DNA of 52,742 nt from Candidatus Methylacidiphilales bacterium (GCA_044351535.1 JBILFP010000001.1:1-52742); one strand, 5' to 3'. Positions 38,829 to 47,761 are shown, counted from the first letter of the stretch. Translations and numbers: made by a program. Notes: generated by a model not told the origin, from the letters alone.

Positions 38829-39704
38829 CTAGGAGCCCGCGGCGATCTGCCGGAGGGCCTCCGCGTAGCCGTTCTTGCCGATCGCTTCCGCCAAGGAGCG
38901 GAGTTGGGCGGCCTGAATCCAGCCTTTGCGGAAAGCGACCTCCTCGGGCGAGCCGATGAGCATCCCGGTCCGGGTCTGGACCGTCTGAACGAACTGGGCG
39001 GCCTGGAGGAGTCCCTCCGCCGTGCCGGTGTCGAGCCAGGCGGAGCCACGGCCAAACCGTTCGCCATGCAGGGAACCATCCTTGAGGTAGCAGCGGCTGA
39101 GCTCGGTGATCTCCAGCTCGCCGCGGGCGGAGGGCTTGATCGTCTTGGCGAATTCCACAGCGCGGCCGTCGTAGAAGTAGAGGCCGCAGTTGGCCCAGTG
39201 GGACTTGGGTTTCGCGGGCTTCTCCTCAATTGAGGTGACCTTGTTGTGGTCGTCGAAGGTGAGCACGCCATAGGAGGAAGGATCGGCCACCTGGTAGGCG
39301 AAGATGGTGGCACCCTTGTCCCGGGAGGTGGCGGAGGCGAGAAGTTTTCCGAGTTCCGCCCCGTAGAAGAAGTTGTCACCGAGGATCAGGCAAGAGGGCG
39401 AGGTGCCGACGAACTTGGCACCGATGTGGTAGGCCTGAGCCAGGCCCTCGGGCTTGGGTTGCTCGGCGTAGGATATGGAAAGGCCGATCGATTGGCCGTC
39501 GCCGAGGAGGGTTTTGAAAAGAGGCAAGTCCTGCGGGGTGCTAATGATCAGGATTTCGCGGATCCCCGCCAGCATCAGGACAGAGAGTGGGTAGTAGATC
39601 ATTGGCTTGTCGTAGAGCGGGAGGAGTTGCTTGGAGACGGCCCGGGTCAGCGGCCAGAGCCGCGTCCCCGTCCCACCGGCCAGAATAATGCCTTTCCTCG
39701 TCAC
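38829..39704 (-). CDS. rfbA: Glucose-1-phosphate thymidylyltransferase
   Basis: [53 protein letters not shown]. Confidence 0.95.
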   Translation of the reverse strand: MTRKGIILAGGTGTRLWPLTRAVSKQLLPLYDKPMIYYPLSVLMLAGIREILIISTPQDLPLFKTLLGDGQSIGLSISYAEQPKPEGLAQAYHIGAKFVGTSPSCLILGDNFFYGAELGKLLASATSRDKGATIFAYQVADPSSYGVLTFDDHNKVTSIEEKPAKPKSHWANCGLYFYDGRAVEFAKTIKPSARGELEITELSRCYLKDGSLHGERFGRGSAWLDTGTAEGLLQAAQFVQTVQTRTGMLIGSPEEVAFRKGWIQAAQLRSLAEAIGKNGYAEALRQIAAGS

Positions 39705-39779
39705 TTCGTTCCTCGGAAGTAGATCGTAGATAGAAGATAGGAGATAGGAAACCGTACGTTTTTCATAAATTTTTCCATC

Positions 39780-39831
39780 GGTAGGCCACTTTTGATAAAA
39801 GTGGCGCCACTTCCATCGGAAGTGGCCTACC
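39780..39831. repeat. REPIN family B, copy 4
   Basis: ggtaggccacttttgataaaagtggcgccacttccatcggaagtggcctacc. Confidence 0.9.
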
Positions 39832-39853
39832 TAGTTTAAATCCCGGCCGCGGG

Positions 39854-39865
39854 CACGCTGCCGCC
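39854..39865 (-). promoter_or_regulatory. ops-like element
   Basis: Non-template strand GGCGGCAGCGTG, 11/12 match to the enterobacterial ops GGCGGTAGCGTG, lying between the RfaH-like gene and rfbA. Confidence 0.45.
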
Positions 39866-39957
39866 CGTGGCCGTTTCCTCCGTTTTTCCCGGAGGAAGAC
39901 CTTGGTCTCCCCTGCTCTCTCTTTTGTTCCGCAATCCAACTGCGGCCCGCGCCGGCC

Positions 39958-40602
39958 TTACCGTCTGCCTTTGCGAGCCTCCTCCGGCACCCCTTCCAGC
40001 GGATGCCGCGCCGTGGGCAACACCGTCGCCACCGGCACTTCCGTCTCCGACAACCTCCCAAGAAACTCGAGCAACACCGCCACGCGCTGCCGGGCCGGCA
40101 TAATTCGCGTGACTACCGCCTTCAGCCCGGCGAAGGCCCCCTCCACCACCTGGACTTCTTCTCCCGTACGGACCTCGGGCGTGATGGTGATCATCTCCTT
40201 CTCCCCCGTGGGCACGGCCGCCTGGAGATCCCGCACGGCCGGATCCGGAATCGGGATGATCTTGGTGCCAAAGTGGACGATCGTGCTGACACCGGCGCAG
40301 TACTGCACCCCACGGTGATGGGTCAGGTAGTCGAACCGGGCAAAAATGTAGGACGGAAAGAGCGCCTCCACATACCAACGCCGGCCGGTTCGCGTGGCTT
40401 TCTGATAGCGAAGTCGCGGACAAAAAACTTCGATCGCAAAAATCTTCCGCAGGTGGGTGATGGCGATGTGCTCCTGCTTGGGAGCAATCCGCAGGCAGAA
40501 CCATTTGAGATCGGGTGCGCCCCCCTCCTGCAACTTGGCCGGCTCGAAATGCAGGAACTCCTCGGAAGGCGGTGCGGACATAGGGATGGGATCGGAATCC
40601 AT
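39958..40602 (-). CDS. NusG/RfaH-family transcription antiterminator
   Basis: WFCLRIAPKQE..A..HL, EALFPSYIFARF, KOW GEEVQVVEGAFAGL...RVAVLLEFLGR. Confidence 0.88.
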   Translation of the reverse strand: MDSDPIPMSAPPSEEFLHFEPAKLQEGGAPDLKWFCLRIAPKQEHIAITHLRKIFAIEVFCPRLRYQKATRTGRRWYVEALFPSYIFARFDYLTHHRGVQYCAGVSTIVHFGTKIIPIPDPAVRDLQAAVPTGEKEMITITPEVRTGEEVQVVEGAFAGLKAVVTRIMPARQRVAVLLEFLGRLSETEVPVATVLPTARHPLEGVPEEARKGRR

Positions 40603-40605
40603 GGT

Positions 40606-41133
40606 TCAGCCTTTCAGGAATTTCAGGGCAAACGGGATGATCCTTTGGCCTGCTTTCTGCCAGGAGCGGATGCGGCCGACCCGGTTTTCGTGAACTTTTC
40701 GCAGGTTGGGACTTTCCCGGGCGATGATCTGCTCCAGCTGGGCCAGCTTCTGGGATCCCTCCACCAAACGAGGGCCGATCTTTTCCTTGAGGAACCCGGC
40801 AGCCAGGTTTCGCAAGCCCAGCTCCGGCTCATAAAAGTCACGCCGGTCGCCCACGCGGTACACGGTACGCACGGCTTGGGCGGAACGGAGAAATCGAAGC
40901 CCTTGGCTGGCGGAACCCTTGCTCAGGCCGAGCCGCGCGATGATCTCATCCATGGCCAGCGGCTCCTCGGAGGAGAATAGAAGGCCGTAGATCTCGCCCA
41001 CCGACTTGGGCATGCCGGCAATGTCGGCCAGCGACACAAAGAACTCCACCAGAGCAACTTCCACCGGCGAGAGACCCTGGTGGGATCCCCCATTTCTCAC
41101 CCTTTTGCCGTTCCTGCCGGCGGACTGGGCCAT
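40606..41133 (-). CDS. GbsR/MarR-family transcriptional regulator
   Basis: GMPKSVGEIYGLLF...PLAMDEI...L.LSKGSASQGLRFL......GDRRDFY. Confidence 0.85.
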   Translation of the reverse strand: MAQSAGRNGKRVRNGGSHQGLSPVEVALVEFFVSLADIAGMPKSVGEIYGLLFSSEEPLAMDEIIARLGLSKGSASQGLRFLRSAQAVRTVYRVGDRRDFYEPELGLRNLAAGFLKEKIGPRLVEGSQKLAQLEQIIARESPNLRKVHENRVGRIRSWQKAGQRIIPFALKFLKG

Positions 41134-41163
41134 AATCCAAAAACTACGCTGGAATCTCATTTT

Positions 41164-41181
41164 GTTCAATATTTTTTGAAC
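41164..41181. promoter_or_regulatory. Palindromic operator candidate
   Basis: GTTCAA-tatttt-TTGAAC just upstream of the GbsR-type gene. Confidence 0.45.
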
Positions 41182-41226
41182 TTCCCGCGCCGTGGGAAAA
41201 GTAGGGATGTCGTCGGGCTAAAACCT

Positions 41227-41278
41227 GGTAGGCCACTTCTGACAGAAGTGGCGCCACTTTTATCAAAAGTGGCCTACC
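41227..41278. repeat. REPIN family B, copy 5
   Basis: ggtaggccacttctgacagaagtggcgccacttttatcaaaagtggcctacc. Confidence 0.9.
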
Positions 41279-41383
41279 TAACTCGTTGCCTTGAGCTTTG
41301 ATCATTTCGTAAACGTAAACCTAAACGTAAACGAAGAGCCCTACCGGATGGACATTCTCCATCTCCAGATTTACAACTCCCCC

Positions 41384-41563
41384 ATGCCCCTAATGCTCTC
41401 CAACAACCGCATGGTCGGCGGGGTTTGCGGCGGCCTCGCCGAATGGCTCGGCTGGGATCCCACGCTGGTTCGGATCCTTTACACCATTCTGACCATCTTC
41501 ACCGCCTTCTCCGGCGTGATCGTCTATCTGATTCTTTGGATCATCATGCCCCGGAAATCCTGA
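41384..41563 (+). CDS. PspC-domain protein
   Basis: NRMVGGVCGGLAEWLGWDPTLVRI...YLILWIIMP. Confidence 0.9.
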   Translation: MPLMLSNNRMVGGVCGGLAEWLGWDPTLVRILYTILTIFTAFSGVIVYLILWIIMPRKS

Positions 41564-41665
41564 AAGGATTTCCGGGATGGGGTCAGGCAGGAGGAGATAG
41601 GTTGAATTTGTAGTCGGCAATCATTTTTCCACCTTTCACCTAAATCCTGTCCCAACCGACAATTC

Positions 41666-42118
41666 TCACCGCACCGCTGCTAATCGAAAAACAGGCTCTC
41701 GACCTTCCGCCAGCTCCAACCACGCGAACGACCGCGGCGCACCCTTGTTGGCCAAACCGGCCGGACCAGGATTCAGAAACCGCGTCCCCTCCACTTTTTG
41801 ATCCCGCGGCACGTGCGTGTGGCCATGCAGGAGGAATTCCGTCCCGCTGGGGGCATGGCCGGGCGGGATGTGAATGAGATGAAACCGATGTCCGAAACGT
41901 TCCAGTTCCAGGCTCATCGGCCAATCGGGCTGGTTATCCTGATTCCCGCGGACCACAAAAACCTTGGGCCCCAGATCCTGAATCGTCTTTAGCGTCGCCT
42001 TCTCACAGACATCGCCGAGATGCCAGATCTCATCCGCTTCGCGGATGGAGTCGAGCAAAGAAGGAACCAGGCGGTCGTGAGTATCCGCGATAACGGCGAT
42101 GCGGAGCGGGCCAGCCAC
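41666..42118 (-). CDS. YfcE-like metallophosphoesterase
   Basis: IADTH, HLGD, VRGN, HGHTH.P, NPG. Confidence 0.9.
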   Translation of the reverse strand: MAGPLRIAVIADTHDRLVPSLLDSIREADEIWHLGDVCEKATLKTIQDLGPKVFVVRGNQDNQPDWPMSLELERFGHRFHLIHIPPGHAPSGTEFLLHGHTHVPRDQKVEGTRFLNPGPAGLANKGAPRSFAWLELAEGREPVFRLAAVR

Positions 42119-42691
42119 CTAGCGGACGGGGGCGACGGAAAGAACCGGCCGGACCTTCCCCGGATGGCGCCGGGCCGACCATTCAATCCCGGCCACGAAG
42201 AGCGCCGTGAACAACAGATCCGAGATCACCGAGGCACGCAAGAAGGTCCAAGTCGGAGGGAAACCAGGCAACCCGACCGTCAGCGCCTGCCACCAACCGG
42301 CAAAACTTTTGTCGTACCCCACATTGGTCCACCACGATACCGAGTTGGTCACGAGGTAGAAGATCAGCGAGGAGGCCAAGGCACCCGCCAGCCAAGTGCC
42401 CCAGGAAGGACGCGAGGCCACCCAGCGACCCAGCTCCACAATCAGCAGGTAGGCTCCCGCCGCCGCAATCGTATTCATGGTGAAGAGAGCCTGTCCGAAG
42501 TGTAGATTCAGCACGGCATCGGAAATCAGCAGGGCGAGCAGGGGCCCGGCCCAGTTCCAGGGTTTTTGGAAATAGAAGGCGCCGCAAAGGGCCAGGGCGG
42601 CGAGCGGGGCAAAGTTCTCTGGGCCCCCTACCCAAGGACGCAGACAACGAAATAGCGCAACCCCGCCGATCAGTAAAATCGCCCAACGCAT
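42119..42691 (-). CDS. DUF6580-like membrane protein (putative transporter substrate-binding component)
   Basis: NFAPLAALAL.G, L.ISD, SSLIFYLVTN..SW....Y.KS..G..Q....GLP.F. Confidence 0.7.
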   Translation of the reverse strand: MRWAILLIGGVALFRCLRPWVGGPENFAPLAALALCGAFYFQKPWNWAGPLLALLISDAVLNLHFGQALFTMNTIAAAGAYLLIVELGRWVASRPSWGTWLAGALASSLIFYLVTNSVSWWTNVGYDKSFAGWWQALTVGLPGFPPTWTFLRASVISDLLFTALFVAGIEWSARRHPGKVRPVLSVAPVR

Positions 42692-42815
42692 CTTCCGATC
42701 TTGGGCGTTCCGTCTTTGAAATCAACCCGCGTTGTTAAATTTTCACCTAAACTTAAACTTAAACCTTAACCAACCGAACCTTGACCCTCGGCGCCGGTTC
42801 GCCCACGCTTCGTCG

Positions 42816-42923
42816 ATGGGCAAGCAGTACAACAAAGGCATCAAGAAGCGTCGTCGCCTCCGCTATCTGAAGCGGAAGAAGGAAGCCAAGAAGGCCGGTG
42901 GCGCCAAACCCGCCGCGGGATGA
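42816..42923 (+). CDS. Small very basic protein (35 aa)
   Basis: MGKQYNKGIKKRRRLRYLKRKKEAKKAGGAKPAAG, preceded by TTGACC-17-CACGCT-6-ATG, with an ATGA overlap to the next gene. Confidence 0.6.
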   Translation: MGKQYNKGIKKRRRLRYLKRKKEAKKAGGAKPAAG

Positions 42924-43393
42924 GCCCCGCTGCGCGGCCCGAATCGGAAGCCGCGCCCCGTTATCTTTTGGTCGACGGCCACAGCGTCATTCACTCTTGG
43001 CCTGAACTTCGCTCCCTCCACACCCGCCAGACGGGTCATGCTCGCCGCGAGCTGATCCAGCAAATGTCCGATCTCCACGATTCCGGCCGCTGGCGAGTCA
43101 CCCTGGTCTTTGACGGCCGGGCGGGCGGCAAGGAAGAGACCCCCAAGGATTCCTTGGCCGTCCTTTACGCCTCAGGGGAGCAGACCGCCGACAGCATCAT
43201 CGAAAGGATCGTCCAAGCCCATGCTGGCAAGGGAGAGATCGGCGTAGTCACCGCCGACCATGCGGAAATCACTGCCGTGGAGTCGTTTGGGGCATACGGT
43301 TTCAGCCCGGATTGGTTGCGGGACGAACTCCGGGTGGCGGGGCAGGAGGTGGCTGATTCCCTCGAAACTTACCGCCGAAAGAAACTCACATGA
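42920..43393 (+). CDS. NYN-domain (YacP/Rae1-like) ribonuclease
   Basis: LLVDGHSVI, LVFDG, TADS.IER, VVTAD. Confidence 0.85.
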   Translation: MSPAARPESEAAPRYLLVDGHSVIHSWPELRSLHTRQTGHARRELIQQMSDLHDSGRWRVTLVFDGRAGGKEETPKDSLAVLYASGEQTADSIIERIVQAHAGKGEIGVVTADHAEITAVESFGAYGFSPDWLRDELRVAGQEVADSLETYRRKKLT

Positions 43394-43484
43394 ATTCGCA
43401 GTGCCGCCAATAAGTCCCGAATAAAAAAATCAAAAGCCCTTGGGAATCAAGGGGTGGGGCGGAGACTTTGCCCCAAGCCAAATT

Positions 43485-44330
43485 ATGACGATTGCCGGAA
43501 AAATCAGCCTGGGCGGCTCCGTGGCCCTGTCGCTTGCGACAGCCGTGCTGGCTTTCATGGTGAGCGGCACCAAAAACCAGTTCGCCAGCCAGTTGCGCGC
43601 GGTGGAGGAATCCCTGCGCGGCGGAAAATTCCCAACCCTGGGTCTTCAATACACCGGTGACTTCATGACGGACACGGCCCAACCCGCCGTGTCGGTAAGC
43701 CAAGCGGGCGAAAAATGGGGCTCCACCAACGACGAGCTCATCAGCAACCAAGGCAAATTAAAAACATCAGAGGAAAACCTGACGGAACAAAAAGCCAAAA
43801 ACCAGGACCTGACGCTGCAGGCCGATAAACTTTCCAAGGACCTGGAGACCACCAAATCGGATCTGGAGTCCACCAACTCAAAACTCAAAATCACCTCCGA
43901 ACAGTTGCAGGCCTTCGAAGAGGGCCTCAAGGGCAAGAAACCCGACGAGCTTTTCCAGGAGATCAATGACCTTTCCGAAAAAGTGAAAGTGGCGGAAGGT
44001 GAGCAAAAGATGCTCTCCGCCGCCAAGGAGAAAACGGAAACGGAGTTAAAAAAACTCCGCGAGCAGATTGAGATGATCAAACCGGGCGGGACCAAATCGA
44101 TGTCCCTCTCCGGCCGGATCCTGGCGGTCAACCCCACCTGGAACTTCGTGATCCTGGATCTCGGCAAGAATGACCAGGTCGTGGAGGGGCTGACCATGGT
44201 GATTTACCGAGGGGAAAAGATGATTGGAAGGATCAAGACCGTCACCGTCGACGCCCAAACCTCCGTGGCTGACGTCCTACCCGGTACCCCGGCCACCGCC
44301 ATTGAAGTGGGCGATCAGGTGGTGTATTAA
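43485..44330 (+). CDS. Membrane-anchored coiled-coil protein with a C-terminal beta domain
   Basis: N-terminal TM, long heptad region, GRILAVNPTWNFVILDLGKND. Confidence 0.7.
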   Translation: MTIAGKISLGGSVALSLATAVLAFMVSGTKNQFASQLRAVEESLRGGKFPTLGLQYTGDFMTDTAQPAVSVSQAGEKWGSTNDELISNQGKLKTSEENLTEQKAKNQDLTLQADKLSKDLETTKSDLESTNSKLKITSEQLQAFEEGLKGKKPDELFQEINDLSEKVKVAEGEQKMLSAAKEKTETELKKLREQIEMIKPGGTKSMSLSGRILAVNPTWNFVILDLGKNDQVVEGLTMVIYRGEKMIGRIKTVTVDAQTSVADVLPGTPATAIEVGDQVVY

Positions 44331-44336
44331 TTCCGG

Positions 44337-44531
44337 ATGATCCGGAAACTCCTCCCCCATCTTTTGGCCGTCCTAACTGCGGGTATCCTGGCCTCCTGCG
44401 CCTCCAGTGGCAGCGGAACCAATCCCGACGGCACGCCCAAGGATGAACACAGTGTCAACACCCTGCCCTGGAACAAACCCGCCTCTTGGGAAGGTGGCGG
44501 CGCGATTCCGGGAATGGGCGGCGCGCGGTAG
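44337..44531 (+). CDS. Small lipoprotein
   Basis: Signal peptide with lipobox LASC, and LPWNKPASWEG. Confidence 0.7.
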   Translation: MIRKLLPHLLAVLTAGILASCASSGSGTNPDGTPKDEHSVNTLPWNKPASWEGGGAIPGMGGAR

Positions 44532-44567
44532 CCAGCTGCATAACTCGAAAGCCGGCTCTTGAGGTGG

Positions 44568-44654
44568 TCGTGGACGATTACGTTTACGTTTAGGAAGCAG
44601 AAACGTCTCCCCCACCCCTTCGTAAACGTAAAGGTAAACGTAAACGAAGAGTCG
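44568..44654. repeat. Inverted pair of hexamer blocks between convergent genes
   Basis: tcgtggacgattacgtttacg ... ttcgtaaacgtaaaggtaaacgtaaacgaagagtcg. Confidence 0.85.
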
Positions 44655-44659
44655 GTGAT

Positions 44660-45676
44660 TTAAGCTTTTGAGCTGATCAATCGTTCCGCGATTTGCACTG
44701 CGTTCCAGGCTGCGCCCTTGAGCAGCTGATCCCCACTGACAAAAAAGGCCAGCGAGTTCGGGTCGCCCGGGACTTCCCGAATCCGCCCCACCAAAACGTC
44801 CAGCTCCCCGGAAGCGTGCTTGGGCATCGGAAAGAGATTCTTCTCTGGTTCGTCCACCACCCGAACGCCCTCCGCCTTGGCCAAGAGGGCCTTGGCCTCC
44901 TTCGCCGAAAGCGGCTTGATAAAGCGGGCGACCACCGCCTCGGAATGGGCTCGCGGCACCGGTACCCGCACGCAGGTTGGAACCATTCTTAAATCGGGGA
45001 GACCAAAAATCTTACGCGTTTCCTCCACCATTTTATTCTCTTCCTCGTTGTAACCGTTTTTGGCCACCGGGCTGTTATGGGAAAAGAGATTGAAGGCCAG
45101 CACGTGCGGAAACACCTCGGCTCGCGGTTCCTGGCCAGCGGCATGATCCTGAACCTGCTTTTCCAACTCGGCCATCGCCTTGGCTCCTGCACCGCTCGCC
45201 GATTGATACGTCGCCACCACCACACTTTCCAAGCCGGCCGCCCGGTGCAGAGGCGCCAGGGCCACCGCCAAAATGGCGGCCGAGCAGTTGGGATTTGCGA
45301 TCAGCTTGGGATGCTTTTGCAGAAGCTCCCCGTTGACCTCGGGAACCACGAGTGGCACCTCTGGATCCATTCGGTAGGCGGAGGAGTTGTCGATCACGAC
45401 CGCCCCGGCCTTCAGAGCCGCGGGGACGAATTCCCGCGAACGGGTCGCCCCAGCGCTAAAAAAGGCAAAATCGACACCGGAAAAAGCGGATCCCTCAAGC
45501 TTGCGCACCTTATGCTTTTTCCCGGCAAAGACGGTTTCCGCGCCGGCGGAACGCTCACTGGCCAACGGCACCAGTTCCCCCACGGGAAATTTTCTACGTT
45601 CGAGAACGCGGAGAATTTCCTGTCCGACCGCACCGGTCACGCCGACCACCGCCACATTGTAGGTTTTTCCGGCCAT
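44660..45676 (-). CDS. asd: Aspartate-semialdehyde dehydrogenase
   Basis: VAVVGVTGAVG, IDNSSAYRMDP.VPLVVPEVN, ANPNCS, TYQSASGAG, CVRVPV..AHSE, LLKGAAWNAVQIAE. Confidence 0.95.
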   Translation of the reverse strand: MAGKTYNVAVVGVTGAVGQEILRVLERRKFPVGELVPLASERSAGAETVFAGKKHKVRKLEGSAFSGVDFAFFSAGATRSREFVPAALKAGAVVIDNSSAYRMDPEVPLVVPEVNGELLQKHPKLIANPNCSAAILAVALAPLHRAAGLESVVVATYQSASGAGAKAMAELEKQVQDHAAGQEPRAEVFPHVLAFNLFSHNSPVAKNGYNEEENKMVEETRKIFGLPDLRMVPTCVRVPVPRAHSEAVVARFIKPLSAKEAKALLAKAEGVRVVDEPEKNLFPMPKHASGELDVLVGRIREVPGDPNSLAFFVSGDQLLKGAAWNAVQIAERLISSKA

Positions 45677-45859
45677 CTCGAAAGAATGCCCGATTTAAGT
45701 TTAAGTTTAAGTCGGAAGTTTAAGTGACCTCCCGCGGGAAATCTCGAGCCTCAATTTGGCCGTAAACGTAATCGTAAACATAAACGGCCGTAGCCCCTTC
45801 GAAATTACCGGAAACCTCCGTGTCATGGGATTGACCCTTCCAATCTTTCCCTCAAGATC

Positions 45860-46045
45860 GGATTAGTTCTTTCCCCCGGAGGATCCAGGGAAGGCCGTGT
45901 GAACCGGCCACAGTTGCGCTGCGGTATCGGGTGACAAATCCCCATGCGAAAGCGGCCAATCCGGAAGTTTTGTTGAAACACAAAACGGAAGGGTGAAGGC
46001 GGGGAGGAGGCAAGCAGCCCGGAGTCCGAATATCTGCCCGCCGGG
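45860..46045 (+). ncRNA. Cobalamin (B12) riboswitch, boundaries approximate
   Basis: AGGGAA-ggccg-TGTGAA-ccggcc-ACAG-ttgcgctgc-GGTA core, GCCA...GAAGGC, and B12-box-like GAGTCCGAATATCTGCC, in the 5' leader of 46164..47012. Confidence 0.75.
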
Positions 46046-46163
46046 GCTCATCGCGTCCCTTCCGCAAGGAAGGGGGAAACCCTCATCGCAAAAATGAAGG
46101 GCGAGAGTCCGGATCCCCGCATCCCGTGCGGCTCTTTCTGGCTCGCGCCGGAAAGGAAATCGG

Positions 46164-47012
46164 ATGAAAGGCTCACTCTGGCAGGGCATCATTTTCGCCG
46201 CCGCCTTGTGGATCGGATGGATTGCCTTGGTTCCGGCTTCGGCGGCCGCCCAGGCAACCTTTCTACAAACCGGAGCTGGAACCAATAGCTGCCGCTTGAT
46301 TCTTAACTTTCCCACAGGCGAGATGGTGGTTTTTCAGCACCGATGGGACGGGGACTCCTTGAACGCCAAAACCCTGCTTGAGTCGGTCATCGAGGCCACC
46401 GGCGGGGAGTTGGTCGTGACAGCGGGATATCTGACGCCCTTTACCTTCGCGATGGAGGGAATGACCAACCCGACAACCACCGGACTGGTGGTCCATTACC
46501 AAAATTCCTACACGGCTCCTTATCTCAACGGAATCCGCTGGAACGGCCCGGGCGGACCCACCGGGGCAGACTATCAATACCCGGAGAACTGGTGGCACCT
46601 TTGGGTTCAGGGCCCCGCCCATGTGGACCAGTCGTTTGCCTGGCCGGATCCGCTGCCTCCGGTGGATCTGCAACCTGGCTCCGCCTGGTTTTTCGGCGAG
46701 TTTTCAGGTTTGGCCGACCTAACGCTATCAAACGGCGCATCCATTGGTTTGGTTTATGGCACGGCCGGCCAACCCGCTCTCCCCGTCCCGGCCGTGCAGT
46801 CCATGGTCCCGGCATCTGGGAACACCTTCCAAATCCAGTTCTCCTCCGTGCCAGGAGAGAGGTACCAGCTGGAATCCCGCTCGGATCTTACCGCAGGAAA
46901 TTGGACGCCCTTGGGCGATCCGATCATGGCCACGGCCGGCAGCACGACGACTTCGGTCCCGGCCAACTCCCCCGGCGGCCGCGGATTTTATCGCATCGGG
47001 CTTCTGCCATGA
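46164..47012 (+). CDS. Secreted protein, candidate cobalamin-binding surface protein with a C-terminal FYR-type beta domain
   Basis: Signal peptide, GAGTN...F.HRWDG, WWHLW, C-terminal ...YQLES..DL..GNW...FYRI, directly downstream of the riboswitch. Confidence 0.6.
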   Translation: MKGSLWQGIIFAAALWIGWIALVPASAAAQATFLQTGAGTNSCRLILNFPTGEMVVFQHRWDGDSLNAKTLLESVIEATGGELVVTAGYLTPFTFAMEGMTNPTTTGLVVHYQNSYTAPYLNGIRWNGPGGPTGADYQYPENWWHLWVQGPAHVDQSFAWPDPLPPVDLQPGSAWFFGEFSGLADLTLSNGASIGLVYGTAGQPALPVPAVQSMVPASGNTFQIQFSSVPGERYQLESRSDLTAGNWTPLGDPIMATAGSTTTSVPANSPGGRGFYRIGLLP

Positions 47013-47761
47013 AAGGATCCTGCGGCTTCACCCTGATCGAACTTTTGGCGGCCGTGGTCATCCTGGGCGTCCTACTCACCTTATGTGCCCCGGCGGCGAC
47101 CGCGGTCCGGCGCCAGACCACCCTCGCCGTTTCATCTTCCGCCCTCAGGCAGCTTTCCGTGGCCGCCCAAAATTATCTGGCCGAAAGCCAAGGCCAGTTT
47201 TTCAGGGCCCGGGAAAACCTGTCCGACGGCGTCCAATGGTGGTTCGGGTTTGAAAGCTACTCCGGTCCCAAGGCCGAAGGCAAAAGGGTTTTGGACAAAT
47301 CCCGCGGCCCGCTCGGTCCCTACATCGTCGACTCCGCCGGCCGGGTTCCTGATTTCGCCTTCACCTCCATGGGGGCCAGCTTCAAACCCAAGTTTGCCAA
47401 CGGCTATTTTGGTTTTGGGGTGAACACAGAGCTCACCGGCGGGCCGTTGGGGCAGGATGCAGGTAAACTCCGGCGGATCAGCCAGCTGGAACGCCCGGGG
47501 CGCATCGCCCTCTTTGCCACCTGCGCCCAGATCAATAGCTTCCAAGCTCCCGCGTCGGCCAAGAAACCCATGCTGGAAGAATTTTATTTTTTCAACACCA
47601 CTGACTGCCGAAACACCGTCCACTTTCGCCACGGACAAAAAGCCCTGGTGGCTTTTACGGATGGCTCCATCCAGGAAGTGCCGGGCGACTCTGCCCGCTG
47701 GGATCGGCGCTTGCCCGGAGCCGCCGTTGGCCCTCTCCCCGAATCCATGATTCTCCCTTAA
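47009..47761 (+). CDS. Prepilin-type N-terminal cleavage/methylation protein with H-X9-DG domain
   Basis: G/FTLIELLAAVVILGVL and H-GQKALVAFT-DG. ATG 47009 overlaps the upstream stop. Confidence 0.9.
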   Translation: MKGSCGFTLIELLAAVVILGVLLTLCAPAATAVRRQTTLAVSSSALRQLSVAAQNYLAESQGQFFRARENLSDGVQWWFGFESYSGPKAEGKRVLDKSRGPLGPYIVDSAGRVPDFAFTSMGASFKPKFANGYFGFGVNTELTGGPLGQDAGKLRRISQLERPGRIALFATCAQINSFQAPASAKKPMLEEFYFFNTTDCRNTVHFRHGQKALVAFTDGSIQEVPGDSARWDRRLPGAAVGPLPESMILP

